From Takakia lepidozioides (taxonomy: Eukaryota; Plantae; Bryophyta): a DNA stretch of 64,000 bases. Below, piece after piece: positions 34,760 through 48,169 of this stretch. Below the pieces are notes generated by a model. That model saw only the letters and a program-made list of their open reading frames with translations. It searched no databases and had not been told where the DNA came from. Position 1 is the stretch's first letter. Each line of letters starts with the position of its first letter. The position numbers and the translations under genes were made by a program. Location: positions 22,754,001 to 22,818,000 of the forward strand of contig CM060733.1 of NCBI GenBank assembly GCA_030704615.1, written 5' to 3'.

Positions 34760-35789
34760 CTTCACAACATTTTCTAGTTTGTACCGCAACTCTACTGTGT
34801 CTACACACAAGTTTTCCAGAGCGGAAGTTTTCCAGTAGACATATCGTTGAACAGGCTTGCATCGAACGTATTACCCCCATTTGTTGCCTGGGCTATCTTC
34901 CCAATTGCAAAGGTCTCTGATGGCACGGTTAGAGGGGGCCTACAAGGTGTGCCATATGACTGGTTGATGGCTACATTACGAACAATTGCCATTTCAGGTG
35001 CAATCCACCATCTATGTGCGAGAGTCTTTATCATCTTGTCTCTGCTCTTGAAAATGTACAACGTGGTTTTTGGGTCATCCGTCGTGGAGGCCATCCCCCA
35101 ATCGCATACCCCGATGTACACATCTTCAGACCCTTGTGGAAAATGCAACAAGATGTTGTCGGGGGACATGTCGTTGTGCAAGAGGTGGGATTATGGACGT
35201 TGAGCATGATGTGCAAAAGTGCCCATGCCAATTGGGTGCGATTCTGTCGGAATCGAACCAGTCGGTTGACCTCCTGCATTTCCTCCTCCGTCCCTCGTCG
35301 TTCCATTAACTCCCTATTATCCCGATCATTCCCCCATTTCCTGTCAATACTCAACCTTGATCGTATGGTCCTCCCATTCCACCAATGTGTGTAATCTTCA
35401 TTTCGACATGGATGCAATGCAAAATACTTTATGATGCCGAAATGATGGAACTTTACAGCCAACGCCTCATTGTTATGTTGGACTTTGGCAAGCTCAACAT
35501 TTGTTTCCCTGGGCGTTTTCCCTACTAGCTCCCAAGATGGAGGAATGAATTGATCCCCAACAATTCTAACCCTTTGAATTGTACCATACCCTCCCTGTTT
35601 GGGCGTGTCGAGTTGTTGTACCTTTGTGTTTGTGGATATGTATCTCACGTTCAATGCCGCATCCGCGGATGAGGACCATGCCTTCCATGGGAGTGGTTTC
35701 GTACGTCGTTTGGTGTGGGCTTTTGCCATGTCAGACTACCAATCCACAAGCACAAACAACTCCTCCTCCGAAGTTGGCATGCGACCTTC
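34760..35789 (-). pseudogene. Degenerate protein-kinase gene; its 5' part continues beyond the Gypsy insertion at 49213 to about 49600
   Basis: QGGYGTIQRV (Gly loop), LVGK, HNDMSPDNILL (catalytic loop), VCDWG and WIAPE are present with a frameshift and a stop. The reading frame TRTPIA|EGRMPTS is rejoined across the AGCTA TSD. Confidence 0.8.
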
Positions 35790-35794
35790 AGCTA

Positions 35795-36822
35795 TGTTAG
35801 AGGACTGTAGGGGACTTAGACACTTATACGGGATCTGTAGGGTACCCTTAATTTTTGCACAGACTGAGACAAACAGGAACCTTAGGGGTGACAGCAGAGC
35901 ACTGTAGAAGGGGGTTACACAACCCACACAGCCCACACAGCCGTCACAGCCGACACAGCCCACACAGCCCGACACAGCCGACACAGCCCACACAGCCCGA
36001 CACAGCCGTCACAGCCCACACAGCCCACACAGCCGTCACAGCCAACACAGCCCGTCACAGCCGTCACAGCCCACACAGCCCGTCATAGTCGTCACAGCCC
36101 ACACAGCCCACACAGCCCGTCACAGTCGTCACAGCAGACACAGCCCACACAGCCAGTCACAGCCCGCATAGCCACACAGCCAGTCACAGCCCGACACAGC
36201 CAAACACAGCCAGTCACCGCTTGACACAGCTGTCACGATAATAGGGAACGAAGAGTAGGACAGGGAACGACTGTGGGGAACAACACCAGAGAAGGGAACA
36301 TGTTAGTTCACATACGACGGTTAGAGAGGGAAACGGTTAGAACCGCGGATAGGAGGATAAAGGGAAGAACGGGGATTATGATGAGATCATTATTCGGGGA
36401 GGACTTGGGAGTCAGGCGGAAGCGGAGATCGGAGAGCACGATGAAGGAGGATTAGTAGATGCTTGTTAGATGCAAAGCCGTAGGGATATTGTAGAGGAGA
36501 ATAGAGATACAATGGCTTCGGCCTGATACCTGATAAATCATAATCTGATATTTATACGATACAATCACACTGTGTAGAGAGATCTGAGTGAAGCTGTGGA
36601 TTGAATGGAGGAGTGAAGGAAACTAATACGTAATTATCAATGGTAAGGTAGCTAAGATGAATGCGAAAAGGGAAACAAATAGGAAACACCCCCATGATAC
36701 ACTAGCTGTAGGTCATGACTGATTGTTCTGCGCGGGCTGAGTACTTAGAGATTTCCAACTCTTCTATCTTGGAGTTTCCGCCTCGGATAGCGAAGGGATG
36801 GGTGAGTAAAAGCCGCGCGACA
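35795..36822 (+). repeat. 5' LTR containing an ACAGCC-rich tandem tract (about 35915-36235)
   Basis: Near-identical to 48170-49207. Confidence 0.95.
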
Positions 36823-37410
36823 TTTGGCGACCATACTGGGGAACTGGGACATGAACAACCAGATGTGACAGGCATCTGGTGGGATCATGGTGGTTGGACC
36901 ATTAAAGAATTTGAAGTGAATCAAATTCCCTGTGAAACGAAGGAAGAAAGATTGTCCAAACAGTTCTTTCAAAGGTTCTTGGAATTGCCAGACGGATGTA
37001 AAGAAAATATTCTTAAACGAGTGCATGATGCTGATCCAGAATGGGGTCTGGAGAAAGGAGTGATAAAGATTTATCAGGTAGCCTGTAGAGGAAGAGCACG
37101 TTGGTTACCAACATTGGTTTATGTGATAGCATTGCTATCCATTAAACGAGTAGAGTTTGAAGGCTGGGAAGAAAGAAAGGTGAATGTTTATACTCATATG
37201 CATGAAGAGCTTGTACTGGTAAAGAATTGGATTCCAAAGGATATTTTGTGGATCAAACTCACACCAAGAACAGCTTTTCAGACTTGTTTGCCATATGGTT
37301 ATATGGTAACGGAGACTTCAAGTATAGCCAAGGGTGCATTGAAGCTTGAAAGAAATCCAGGCATATACGAGAGATATTACAGAAGAGAGTTTTGGTTATT
37401 GCCACATTAA
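36715..37410 (+). CDS. ORF0, a conserved extra ORF spanning the LTR end and PBS
   Basis: 231-aa ORF; a highly similar protein is encoded by the inverted copy at about 29715-30408. Confidence 0.7.
   Translation: MTDCSARAEYLEISNSSILEFPPRIAKGWVSKSRATFGDHTGELGHEQPDVTGIWWDHGGWTIKEFEVNQIPCETKEERLSKQFFQRFLELPDGCKENILKRVHDADPEWGLEKGVIKIYQVACRGRARWLPTLVYVIALLSIKRVEFEGWEERKVNVYTHMHEELVLVKNWIPKDILWIKLTPRTAFQTCLPYGYMVTETSSIAKGALKLERNPGIYERYYRREFWLLPH
36825..36842 (+). promoter_or_regulatory. tRNA primer-binding site TGGCGACCATACTGGGGA (probably tRNA-Arg type)
   Basis: TGG begins 2 nt after the LTR. The inverted copy reads TGGCGACCATGCTGGGGA. The tRNA identity is an inference. Confidence 0.75.
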
Positions 37411-37433
37411 AAAAGAAATGAAAGACATGGGAC

Positions 37434-40400
37434 ATGAGTGATGAAAGAGAAGCTAGACGACAAAGATATTCATTAAAAAGGGAAAGCTATCTGAAAGCTA
37501 ATTATCCATATCTTTGGGAGAGAGGAATAGACATAGGGGAATCATCTGGACCTCTCACACCATCAAGATCAAAAAGTGCATCACCTATACCGGAAGAACT
37601 AGAGTTGGATGCCACTCCTTCTGTTTCTTTGCAAGAAAGATTAAGGGAATTGGTACAGGAAGAAGATCAATCAAGAGGTGAAAGATCTGAGGTACATCCT
37701 TGGATAAAAGATTTGACAGAAATCTTTGATAAAAGTTGGCATGGAACACCAAAAGCAGGAACTCCAGTTTCTGAAGCAGAAGATGAAGAAGGAGATGAGG
37801 ATGTGGCAGAGCCAACGGAGAGTTCAGACTCTCCAACACCATTACAGTTGAGTTACATGAGTGAAGAAGAAACCCAAGGGCAGAACTTGAATGATGAAAA
37901 CAGAGAGAAGAAATTGGAAGAGGAAGAATATGAAGAAGTAGACCCAACAGCTGAGGTTGAGACTACAACCAGGACATCCCAACCCGTTGGACCTGGATCA
38001 AGTGGAGCACTTGGATCACAGGCCAACGAAGGTGTCGGCTCAGGGGGATCAGGCGGGCTGCCTGGATCTGGCTCTGGGGGACAGGGAGTGTGGGAAGTAG
38101 TGCAACTGAAGCTGGGAATACTGTGAATATCGTGGGGCCAGAAGCAGGGAGTGCTCAAGGGCCACCACTTGGTGGAAGATCCACCACAAAAACAACAGGT
38201 CCAGAAGGACCAGCACCAGCAAGGGTGCCAGCACCTGTCAGTGGGCAGAAGGTAGGGCCACAGATGGCGTTACAACCAACACGGGCAAAACCACCCTTTC
38301 CAATATATTCAGGAAAAGGGGATCCCGATGTACACATTAGCCAATTTGAGCACATGTGTATAGTGAACAATGAGAATGGCGATGATGCCAAGATGAGACT
38401 GTTTCCTTGTTCACTTATCAAGAAAGCAAGTGAATGGTATGCAAGATTCCCTGATAATCATTTCCTAACCTGGAATGGCTTGAATACAGCATTTCGAAAT
38501 AGGTTCAGGACAAGTAAAACTGAGGATGAAGTGTATGGAAGTTTACAACAGCTGAAGCAGAAGAAGCATGAAACTGTTGAAGAGTATATGGAGAAGATGG
38601 AATTGATGATGAAAAAGCTGGCTGCAGTACCAGCACCCGGTTTACAGAAGACTTGGTTTGTGAGTGGACTAAGACCAGAGTTGCAGAAGAAAGTGGATAT
38701 GTTACCCCATAATACAGTGGAGGAGGCATTTGAAACTGCGAACAGAATTGAGCAATTGGGAATGCTCAGGAGAGAGAAAAAGGAAGATGAGGACTCTGAA
38801 GATGAGTCAGATGAAGAAGAAGAGCAAGAACTAAAAAGAAAGAGTAAGAGAAAGGAAAAGTTGAAGAGGGATAACTATGAGAAAAGATTGGAAGAAATCT
38901 TGAAGAAGTATGCCACAGAGGCTGCAACACATTGGAGGAAGGGTGTATGGTGTGCAAAGTGCCAGAATGAAGGCCATACCACTACAGAATGCCACATGAA
39001 GGAGAAACACTGTACTATCTGTAAAATGGATAACCATTCTACTGAGAATTGTTACTACAACAGAAGGACAGCTGCCAGAGAACCTAGGCAAGTGAGGGTG
39101 CATCAGGTGCAACCCCAGCCAAGAAGAAGCAATGATCAGGACCACTATGGTAGGTCTGGTGGTTATAACAATGGCATGGAAGGAAGAGGTAATTCAAGAG
39201 GGAATTACCAAGGAAATTCCAGAGGCAACTATCAGGGTAATCCGAGGGGGAATTACCAGCCCGGGAATCAGGATTATAGAAATAATCCAAGACCAGACCA
39301 AGGGCGAGGACCCAATGGTGAAGAGCTATGTTACTATTGTAATCAGCCAGGACATCGCAAGGCAGCCTGTTCATTCTGGATAAGACACCAGAATGAGATG
39401 AGAGCTCCTGTGAATGAGGGCCCAGTGGTGGCAGCTCACATGGTTAGGCCATGTGTTGTACCAGAAGTAAGTACAATGATAGTAACAAGAAGTAAAGCTA
39501 AACTAATACCTCCAGTAGAAGAGGAAGAAGATGAGACTGGAAGTGGCAATGATATGCCTGAAGATGAAGAGACTTGGAAGGATGAGAAGGAACTGCACAA
39601 GGAAGTGGCAGATACTATAAGGGAAATGCAAAAGAGTACTGATATTCCTGTGGCAGATTCCTCTGATTCGGATGGAGAAAAAGAGGAGAGTGAGGAAGAA
39701 AGGAGAAAAGAAGATGCAGACATGCAAAGTAATGAAGAGACTTTGGCTGAAGTAATATGTCAGACCAAAGCAGAAATTACCATTGGACAGCTATTAGCTG
39801 TGGCACCTTATTGTAGGCACAGGCTGTATCAGGCAATCAATCGAATTGCCCAAGAAACAGGAAACACAGACCTGAACAGCAAGGTGACCAGTTATAATGT
39901 GAAGCCGGAAGGGCGAGAACCAGTCATGGACTTTGATGATTCTATGCCAGTAATCCAATTGAGAATTGGAAGCACAGAACTAACTGATGTACTGATAGAT
40001 GGTGGTTCTGGAGTAAATATCATGACAGACCAATTAAGGAAGAAGCTTGGTCTAAGTAACATGAAACCAGCCCCATTTACAGTAACAATGGCAGATCAAA
40101 GAAGTGTACAGCCATTGGGATTAATAAGAGGAGTTAAGATACAGATACAGAAAATGATCTTTCTGATCACAGTAACTGTATTAAAAATGGATGAAGTCAT
40201 GGAGGCTTATTCCTTATTATTGGGACGTCCGTGGCTGAAACAGGCCAGGGTATTCCATGACTGGAATTCTCAGTTACTAACTGTGCATAATGGGATGCAC
40301 GAGATACAAATTACCACAAAGAAATCTAGTAGATTACCTGCTACAAGAAGACCTCGAGGAGTCAGAGAGTATGACTGGAGGGGAGGACTGGATGAGGAGC

Positions 40401-43400
40401 AGGAAGCTACCCTATTTGCTGCACACCCAGAGTGGGAGCAAGTTGCAGAGATGCGGCTGGAAAGCCTAAGTTGTTTGAGAGGTATCTGCTGTGGTGTAGT
40501 GACAGCAACACCAACGGAAGAAGAAACCAGCATTTACCCATCACATTTCTATGAAGAAAGAGAAGGAGAAATAGAAATCCTAGAAGAACCAGCCACTGTG
40601 AGCTTACAGGATGAAGTGGTGACTGGTTGGACAATCACAGCTGATGAGCAGGTGAGAGAAGTAAATGTGGGAACTCCGGAGGAACCAAGGATGGTGAAAG
40701 TAGGAGCTGATTTGGAGCCGGAATTCTTCGAAGAAGCTAAAAGCTTGTTCATCAAATACAGAGATGTATTTGCTTGGAGCTATGAGGATCTAAAAGGGAT
40801 ACCACCTGAAGTCTGTCAGCATAAAATTGAACTGGAACCAGGGTCAGTGCCAATCAAGCAGGCGAGGTATAGAATGAATCCCAACTACGCACAAAGGTTG
40901 GGAGAAGAGATAAAGAAGTTGGCTGAGGCTAAGTTTATATACCCAATAGAGTATACAACTTGGTTGTCACCCATTGTTATAGTTCCCAAGAAGAATGGCA
41001 AACTAAGAGTATGTGTGAACTATAAGAAGCTGAATGCTTGTACGAAGAAAGATCCTTTCCCTTTGCCATTCACAGAAGCAGTATTAGACACTGTGGCAGG
41101 CCATGAGATGTACTCATTCATGGATGGCTTCAGTGGTTATAATCAAGTGCAAGTGGCAGAAGAAGACCAAGGGAAAACAGCTTTCATCACAGACTGGGGG
41201 GCTTATGCATACAAAGTCATGCCCTTTGGACTTTGTAATGCACCAGCGACCTTTCAGAGAGTGATAAGTGAATCTTTTCAAGAGTATCTGGATGATTTCA
41301 TGCAGGTGTTTTTGATGATTTCAGTGTGTACAGCTCTAAGAATGAGCACTTGCATAAATTGGAGTTATGCCTGGCCAGATGCAGGATGAGAGGTCTGGGC
41401 TTGAATCCAGAGAAGTGTACTTTCTGTGTGAACTCAGGGGTGCTTCTGGGACACATAGTGTGTAAGAAGGGACTTCTTGTGGATCCCAGGAAGACAGAGT
41501 CCATTAAAGTCTCTCCACCACCAGTGAATGTTAAGAGTTTAAGGAGATTCCTTGGGCAAACCAGTTATTACAGAAGATTTGTCAAAAGGTATGCACAAAT
41601 AGCAGCACCATTGAGCAAGCTTCTGAAGAAAGATGCAGTGTTTGCATGGACAGCTGAATGTCAACAGGCGTTTGAGGAACTTACACTGTCAGTAACAACT
41701 ACACCTGTGCTGATTAACCCTCACTGGCATGTAGTATTTCATGTTCACTGCGATGCATCAGGAGAAGCATTGGGAGCGGTGTTAGCCCAGAATGTTACAG
41801 GGAATATAGATTCACCTGTGTACTATGCTAGCCGGTTGATGAACAGTGCTGAGAGGAACTATAGCACAACGGAAAGAGAAGCATTGGCAATGATCTATGC
41901 AGTGAAGAAATTCAGGCATTACCTATTGGGAAGAAAGTTTATGTTTTATGTGGATCACCAGGCTCTGATATATCTGGTGAACAAACCTTTGATAAGTGGA
42001 AGGATAGCGAGGTGGTTAATAATCTTGCATGAGTTTGAGTTCGAGGTTATTTACAAGCCTGGCCGTTTGCATCTTGTGGCAGATCATTTGTCACGACTAA
42101 CACAGGAGAGGCCGCCACAGGAGTGGACGATCAGTTACCTGATGCGAGTTTATTTGTAATGGAGGTGCAAGGAAGTGCAGATGAATGGTTAGATTGGCAT
42201 GGCCAATCAGATACTACCTTGCTCATGGTCAGTGCCCACCTAGTTATGGTAAGGAGCCAAGGAAAAGATTGCTATCAGAGCTTTACCTTATACTATGGTA
42301 GGAAGCAGAATGTATAAGTTAGGACCTGATGGAGTACTAAAACGATGCTTGTACCACCATGAAGTAAATAAAGTCTTGGAGGAAGTTCATAAAGGAGTGG
42401 CTGGAGGTCATTTGGGAGAAGAGACTACCAGTAGAAAGATACTACTCGCAGGATACTGGTGGCCTACGTTGTTCAAAGATGTACATGAGTATTGTCAGAA
42501 GTGTGATGAATGTCAGAGGCTAGGACCTTTGCAGAGATCTGGAAGAATGGCCTTGCATCCTACAATGCCTACGGAACCATTTCAGAAATGGGGACTAGAC
42601 TTTGTTGGACCAATTAATCCACCATCCAAGAATACACGAAACAGGTACATAATTACAGCCACTGATTATACTACAAAGTGGGTGGAAGCTAAAGCTTTGA
42701 GGGACAACACAGCCAAGTCCACAGCAAGGTTCCTGTACGAGAACATACTTACACGATTTGGATGTCCCTTAGAATTTATCAGTGATCAAGGAAGTCACTT
42801 CATGAATGAGACCATTGAGTTATTGACTAAAGAGTTTATGATTGTGCATAGAAAGAGTACAACATATTACCCACAGGGTAATGGACAGGCAGAGGCTACC
42901 AAAAAATACTATGTACTATCTTGGCTAAGATAGTCAATGCAAACAGAACGGATTGGGATACAAAGCTGCTGACAGCTTTGTGGTCATACAGGACTTCATA
43001 TAAAGTCACCACTAAGTATACACCATTCCAATTAGTTTATGGTATGGAAGCCTTACTTCCAGTGGATTCCTGTTACCTACCATGAGAACAGAGTGGGGAA
43101 AAAGAATGGAATTGCAAGACTCCATCAAGGTCAGGAAACATGAATTATACCATGTGGAAGAAGTACGTGCTGATGCAGCTGATAATATGACCAGAATTCA
43201 GATGAAGCGAAAGGAACAGTTTGATAAAGGCAAAATTAAAGACTTTTAAGACGGGGGATTTGGTTTGTTTTATGGTTGCAGAAGAAAGGAAAGATTCAAG
43301 CTTCTAAGCTTAAATCACCATGGAAAGGACCTTATGTCATACAAAAGATGTATGATAACAACACAGCCATGTTACAAACCATTAACAAGGAAATGCTGGG
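37434..43400 (+). pseudogene. Gag-PR-RT-RNaseH-IN polyprotein with frameshifts
   Basis: Retrotransposon gag core, CCHC knuckles, LIDGGSGVN protease, YSFMDGFSGYNQV RT, CDAS...TEREALA RNaseH, GHLG...CDECQR and WGLDFVGP integrase, and a GPY motif near 43330. Confidence 0.92.
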
Positions 43401-43569
43401 AAGAGTCAATGCAAATAAGTTGAAGGGGTACAGTGGTATCCATGACAAACCCCTGCAACATGATTTGCATGTTGAACCGCAAGAGCAGTCACGGGCTGCA
43501 CCAGTGTTACGAACGGAGTATGGAACACTTGTCGCTAGGCCCAGTTATATGACGGGGTGGGCAAAACAA

Positions 43570-43935
43570 ACGTGACACAGCATATCACAGCCCATCAACG
43601 GCGTGACACAGCCTATCACAGCCCATCACGACGTGACCCAGCCAACCACAGCCCAGCAAGGCGCACCACAGCCTATCACAGCCCATCACGGCGTGACACA
43701 GCCTATCACAGGCCCATCACGACGTGACACAGCCAACCACAGCCCAGCAAGGCGCAACACAGCTTACCACAGCCGTCACGACGTGACACAGCCTATCACA
43801 GCCCGTCACGACGTGACACAGCCAACCACAACCCAGCAAGGCGTTGACACAGCCTATCACAACTACCGCAAGCGTGTCACAGCCTATCACAGTACCACAG
43901 TGCAACACAGCCTATCACAGCTCAAGACAGCCTAC
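43570..43935 (+). repeat. Degenerate tandem repeat of about 30 bp (GACACAGCCTATCACAGCCCATCACGACGT) after pol
   Basis: Directly visible; shares the ACAGCC core with the LTR tract. Confidence 0.85.
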
Positions 43936-44619
43936 TAAAGTTACACGATCCATAGAATCAGTGACAAGTGGACACATAAAAACTTCAGTAAAATGGCTGA
44001 AGGAAGAAGAAACGGAAAATTAATTAAAAATAGACACGTGGAGGTCAGGGTGCGACACACAGCAGAGAATGAAGGCAAGGACAGGTGTCAAAAAGAAAAG
44101 AGGACAAGAACGGCCGTCAAAAGGGATGAAAGGCGGACCCATTAATGATTACGGAAAAGGGAAACAGAACGAACGGCAAGTAAAGAAAAGCCGAATTCAT
44201 GTCGCATGTGTGATATCGTGGACTATCCAACAGGGGAAAGTCACTAAAGAAGATAAAAGTTAAAATCCAGTCACAGCGGCCACAGCCAATAGAAAACCAG
44301 AGAAAAATGATCAAGAAAATGGAGGGAAATTGAGCGCAAGAGCGGCGTCGTTCAGAGTAACGGGCGTCTCGACAGGACAGGCCATAAATGCTATAAACTT
44401 GGAAACTATGGAGGAAACTAACAGACATTACGCTCGCAATATTACTTACGCAGTGCCAGAGTGGCAGAGACCGAAACGAAAGAGCAGAGCTTTTCTCTTG
44501 AACAATGCTTGCAAGCCCCGCAGGCTTACAAGCGGTTCCCCAAGCTTTCTGCGGGCAACCATAGTTCTGCTTTGTGCACTACAGGCACTCCTGCAGTTGT
44601 TACAGCCAAAGCGGTTCGG

Positions 44620-47600
44620 TGAGTCTAAGATGAATGAGAGTTGAGAGGAATGGAGGAAATCAGGGTGAAGAGCACCACCTCTGCAGAACAAACGATGGCT
44701 ACCCCACAGGCAACAAAGATACTGAAGGAGTTGAGATTGGAAGGATTGCAAAGCAAGGATGGACATACACATAGACAGTACATGTTACAATTTTGCAGAA
44801 CTTTGAGCCAAAAGACAGGACAACAACGGTGTGAAGGGAGTTGAATTAATGATACTCCCCTATACCTCCAGCAATTGTTTCAATTGCCAGCAGGTCATGT
44901 GTTATGTGGGAAGAACACAGGGAAAAGACCTGCAAATAGGGATTTATTCCAAGAAGGGAGTTTCTTTAAAAACTCAGGTTATGCTGTGTACCAAAGCTGT
45001 GTACCCAGGGTTTAAAAGACATAAGCCAAGTATTGAACGTTCTATTGCCCTGCAACAGAACCAACAATATTTGAGCAAATCCTTCACAGAGGAAATCCTC
45101 AAAGGCTTGAAGGGACAAGAGGTACTATGGGCGGACATAATGTACAACGGCCACTGGTAGAGGAGATGAAAAGATTACAAGTACTACCGCCCAAAAATCT
45201 CCTATCTAGTGTCTGGCCCAATCATTGCTCAAATAATACTTAGTTCGGGATACTTAATGCACAAGAAAGGAAGGAAATGGGAGTGTTTGAGCCAGCAAGA
45301 AGAAACAAACTGCAATGGAAGAGCAAGGCATTCACACAGTGAGGGGGGACTAGCAGCACAACCAGAGACTAAGAGGCAGAGAAGGGGAAAGACTGTAGTG
45401 GCGGATCCACTGGCTTCACGGATTCCGCATGATAATGTTTCCCAGCTCATAACCAGGAAGGGGGCACAGCAGCACAAAAGAATTTTATTACTGGAAGCAG
45501 GACCTTCAGAGAGGGAAGGAAGAAACAGTTACTTCTGCATCACAAACCAACACAGCCACTTGAACGACTTGTCACAAGGCACAAGTTATCCATGCAGCTA
45601 AACCGAAATAATTGATTTGGAAAGTGAAGGATAGAGATTCCAACTACAGAGCAGATTAGTGGCAGAAATGAGAAAAAGGGGACCTTCTCTTATGAATATT
45701 CTGGTCTGGTAAAGGAGACAGAAATCCAGAGGTGCAACAGTTGCCCAAAGGAAATCCTGAGGTGCATATAATGCCACACACCTGTGTTGAGGGAACCACA
45801 GGCAGAAGGCCATGGGACACTGTAGCACGGTCATGAATGAAGTAGTTCAGGAAGAAAATCCGGTGGGACAATTGGTCTGAATGGTTAGTGAGACATCATT
45901 ACTGTTGAAGATCGGGAAGGAACAGCAAGCAACCTCACCATGATGACCCTCAACAGGGAAATGATGGTTGTTCCATAGGCAGGACACTAATTTGTTGGGG
46001 TACTTATGTCAAAACCCATGTTCCAATTACCCAAGTTGACAGCCGGGGTTGGAACGAAGGATACAACACTCTCAAGATGAAGCAGGACTTGGCCAATACA
46101 GAAATGGCTTTGCAATTAGCCAAGCAACAATTGATTGAGGCAGGCCTCGCGCAAGACCAGTTGCACGAAGCACATAAGCAACAGCTATACCAATGCAGGT
46201 GCAGCATGAAAGCAAGTTGCAAGAACTGAATGCACTACATACGGAGTTGCAACAGTGCATAACAGGATGGCAATACAATGCGCTACAATTACAACTATGC
46301 TTGACCAATCAACAAAGAAATAAACAGTCAAGCGGAAAAATGTACGAAGGCAGAAGAAGAGAATGCGGAGCACATGAAGCTCATTGTCGATATGAAGAAT
46401 ACAATCTGTCGCAATGAAGATACTCTCAAGCAATGGCAGATGGAAGCTGAGAATGAGAAATACATCGTGGAGTTGCAACAAAACCATCGTGGCCAATAGA
46501 AATGAAATCTCAATCAGTAACAAGGCTTCGAAAGAAGCCAATAATCTACTTGTTGCCTATGCGCAATTGGTTGAGCCACAGGCGAAGCGCATGAAGGATT
46601 TACAACAGCAGTTGGAATTGTATAAGCTAAGAGAGGAGCAAACTCTCAGGGGAACCACAAGCAGCTTGTGGATAACAGCCTTATGCAGGTCTGGTAGCAC
46701 AAGGGCCAGTAGAAGGCAAAGCCCCACGGAAGCTCACCCAAAGCGAGATGAATGAGCTTAGACTGCAGGTGCAGAACATTGCACAACTACTATAGACAAT
46801 GTCTATAGTAGGATAGCAGAGTTACAAGAGGATGTAGACGGACTCCAGACTCAAGTGGAAGACCTCACTTCAAACATCGACCAAAGAGTCTATATCCCTC
46901 GGGAACAGCTAATGGCTTCTTATTTGAAAGCCAGAACTCTGGCTTTTCAGTCTTCACAGGAGGTGCAGAGATGCCAATGGTACAGGAACCAGTACCACCA
47001 CCACCACAACAGGTCAGTGTACCAGTAACTGAACCTGTGGTTACTACAACCACACCACAGCCACCACAGCCGGAGGTATGGGGCAATGCAGCTTTTAACC
47101 CACCTAAAACTCCAGCTGCCAGGGAGTACAGTAGGGCTATGATTATGCCCTTCAACCAATTCCCATCATGTTGGATTTGGCTTGGAAAGAATTTAGTCCT
47201 CCGCAGTCATTCGCACATTACTACCAATCATGCGTATTTGGCTGCCAGTGGCACCAGGACTAAAGTTCTTCCAAACAATCGACATATTGAAGATCATCAC
47301 TTTGCACAATACTGGCACGAGGCAGGTACAATGTTGAGGGAATTGGTTGCTTTCCAGGTTGTACATGGACTCATTTATACCAAGACCAAGGAGATAGCAA
47401 GTATTGTCATGGGGTGCGGGCTATACTACGCTGCTTGTTTTCTGATACGTTACCACATTGAGCAACAAAAGATGCAAGCACGCTTTCAAAGTTACTCCAG
47501 TGGAGATCATTGGGTATTACCTTCGGTGCCACCTCATATGTACCTATATGACCCAAAAGTTATGATACAGAAGGATTCTCAAATTCGTTCATGGTTTCAA

Positions 47601-48015
47601 GCAGCCTGCAACAATTTGTCAACACAGAAATTCGGACTTGATGACATTTTCTATAAGGGACATATCGCATGGAAATACTTGCACGCGGCACCAGTAATTG
47701 GTACCCCCCTCATTGGACAGACAAGGAGCTCAGTGTCTACACCAATTTTGCTGTTCAACGGTTGCACCAGGTTGTAAAATGCAAACTTCCAGACATGGTA
47801 GGACAGCATTGTATGCCCAGATGATTCCACAAAAAGTTCGAAAATTAAAACACCTAAGAGGCGATGACAATTCTGATACAACTGGTTCTTCACAAAATTC
47901 TTTTGACATGGGAGAAGACTATACAATTCAGATGGAAGCGAAGAAACAAAGGATCTCCTCTGCCGGAAAGATTACCTCGATATCAGCCTCCAGAAGGCCT
48001 CACTTATCCAGGTAG
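44620..48015 (+). pseudogene. Fragmented additional 3' ORF(s) of the Gypsy element, including a probable coiled-coil segment
   Basis: A chain of sense-strand ORF fragments; Q/E/L-rich at 46070-46880 and a 268-aa fragment at 46971-47777. No family recognised. Confidence 0.45.
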
Positions 48016-48169
48016 TATCAACCATCTCCATCAACCAGAGACAGACCTCGGGCTCGTACACACAGCCCACCACGAAACTCTCAACGTCAACAAGTGCTCA
48101 CTCACAAAGGTTTGCTACTCGAAAACAGTAAACCGTGAGGACACGGCTTTTTGAGGGGGAAAGGGTAAA

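Noticed and set aside
34750-34760. Target-site preference (flank TCATGAAAC resembles the terminus)
   Set aside because: The other three junctions (8938, 28567, 55551) show no such similarity.
35855-36088. His/Ser/Pro-rich ORFs in the LTRs (also 48229-48633 and 43603-43938)
   Set aside because: By-products of ACAGCC tandem repeats; the frames differ between the two LTRs.
41326-41389. Programmed frameshift in RT
   Set aside because: The shift falls inside the FLDD catalytic motif, and the third copy has the intact TTC TTG GAT GAT; it is a mutation or sequencing error.
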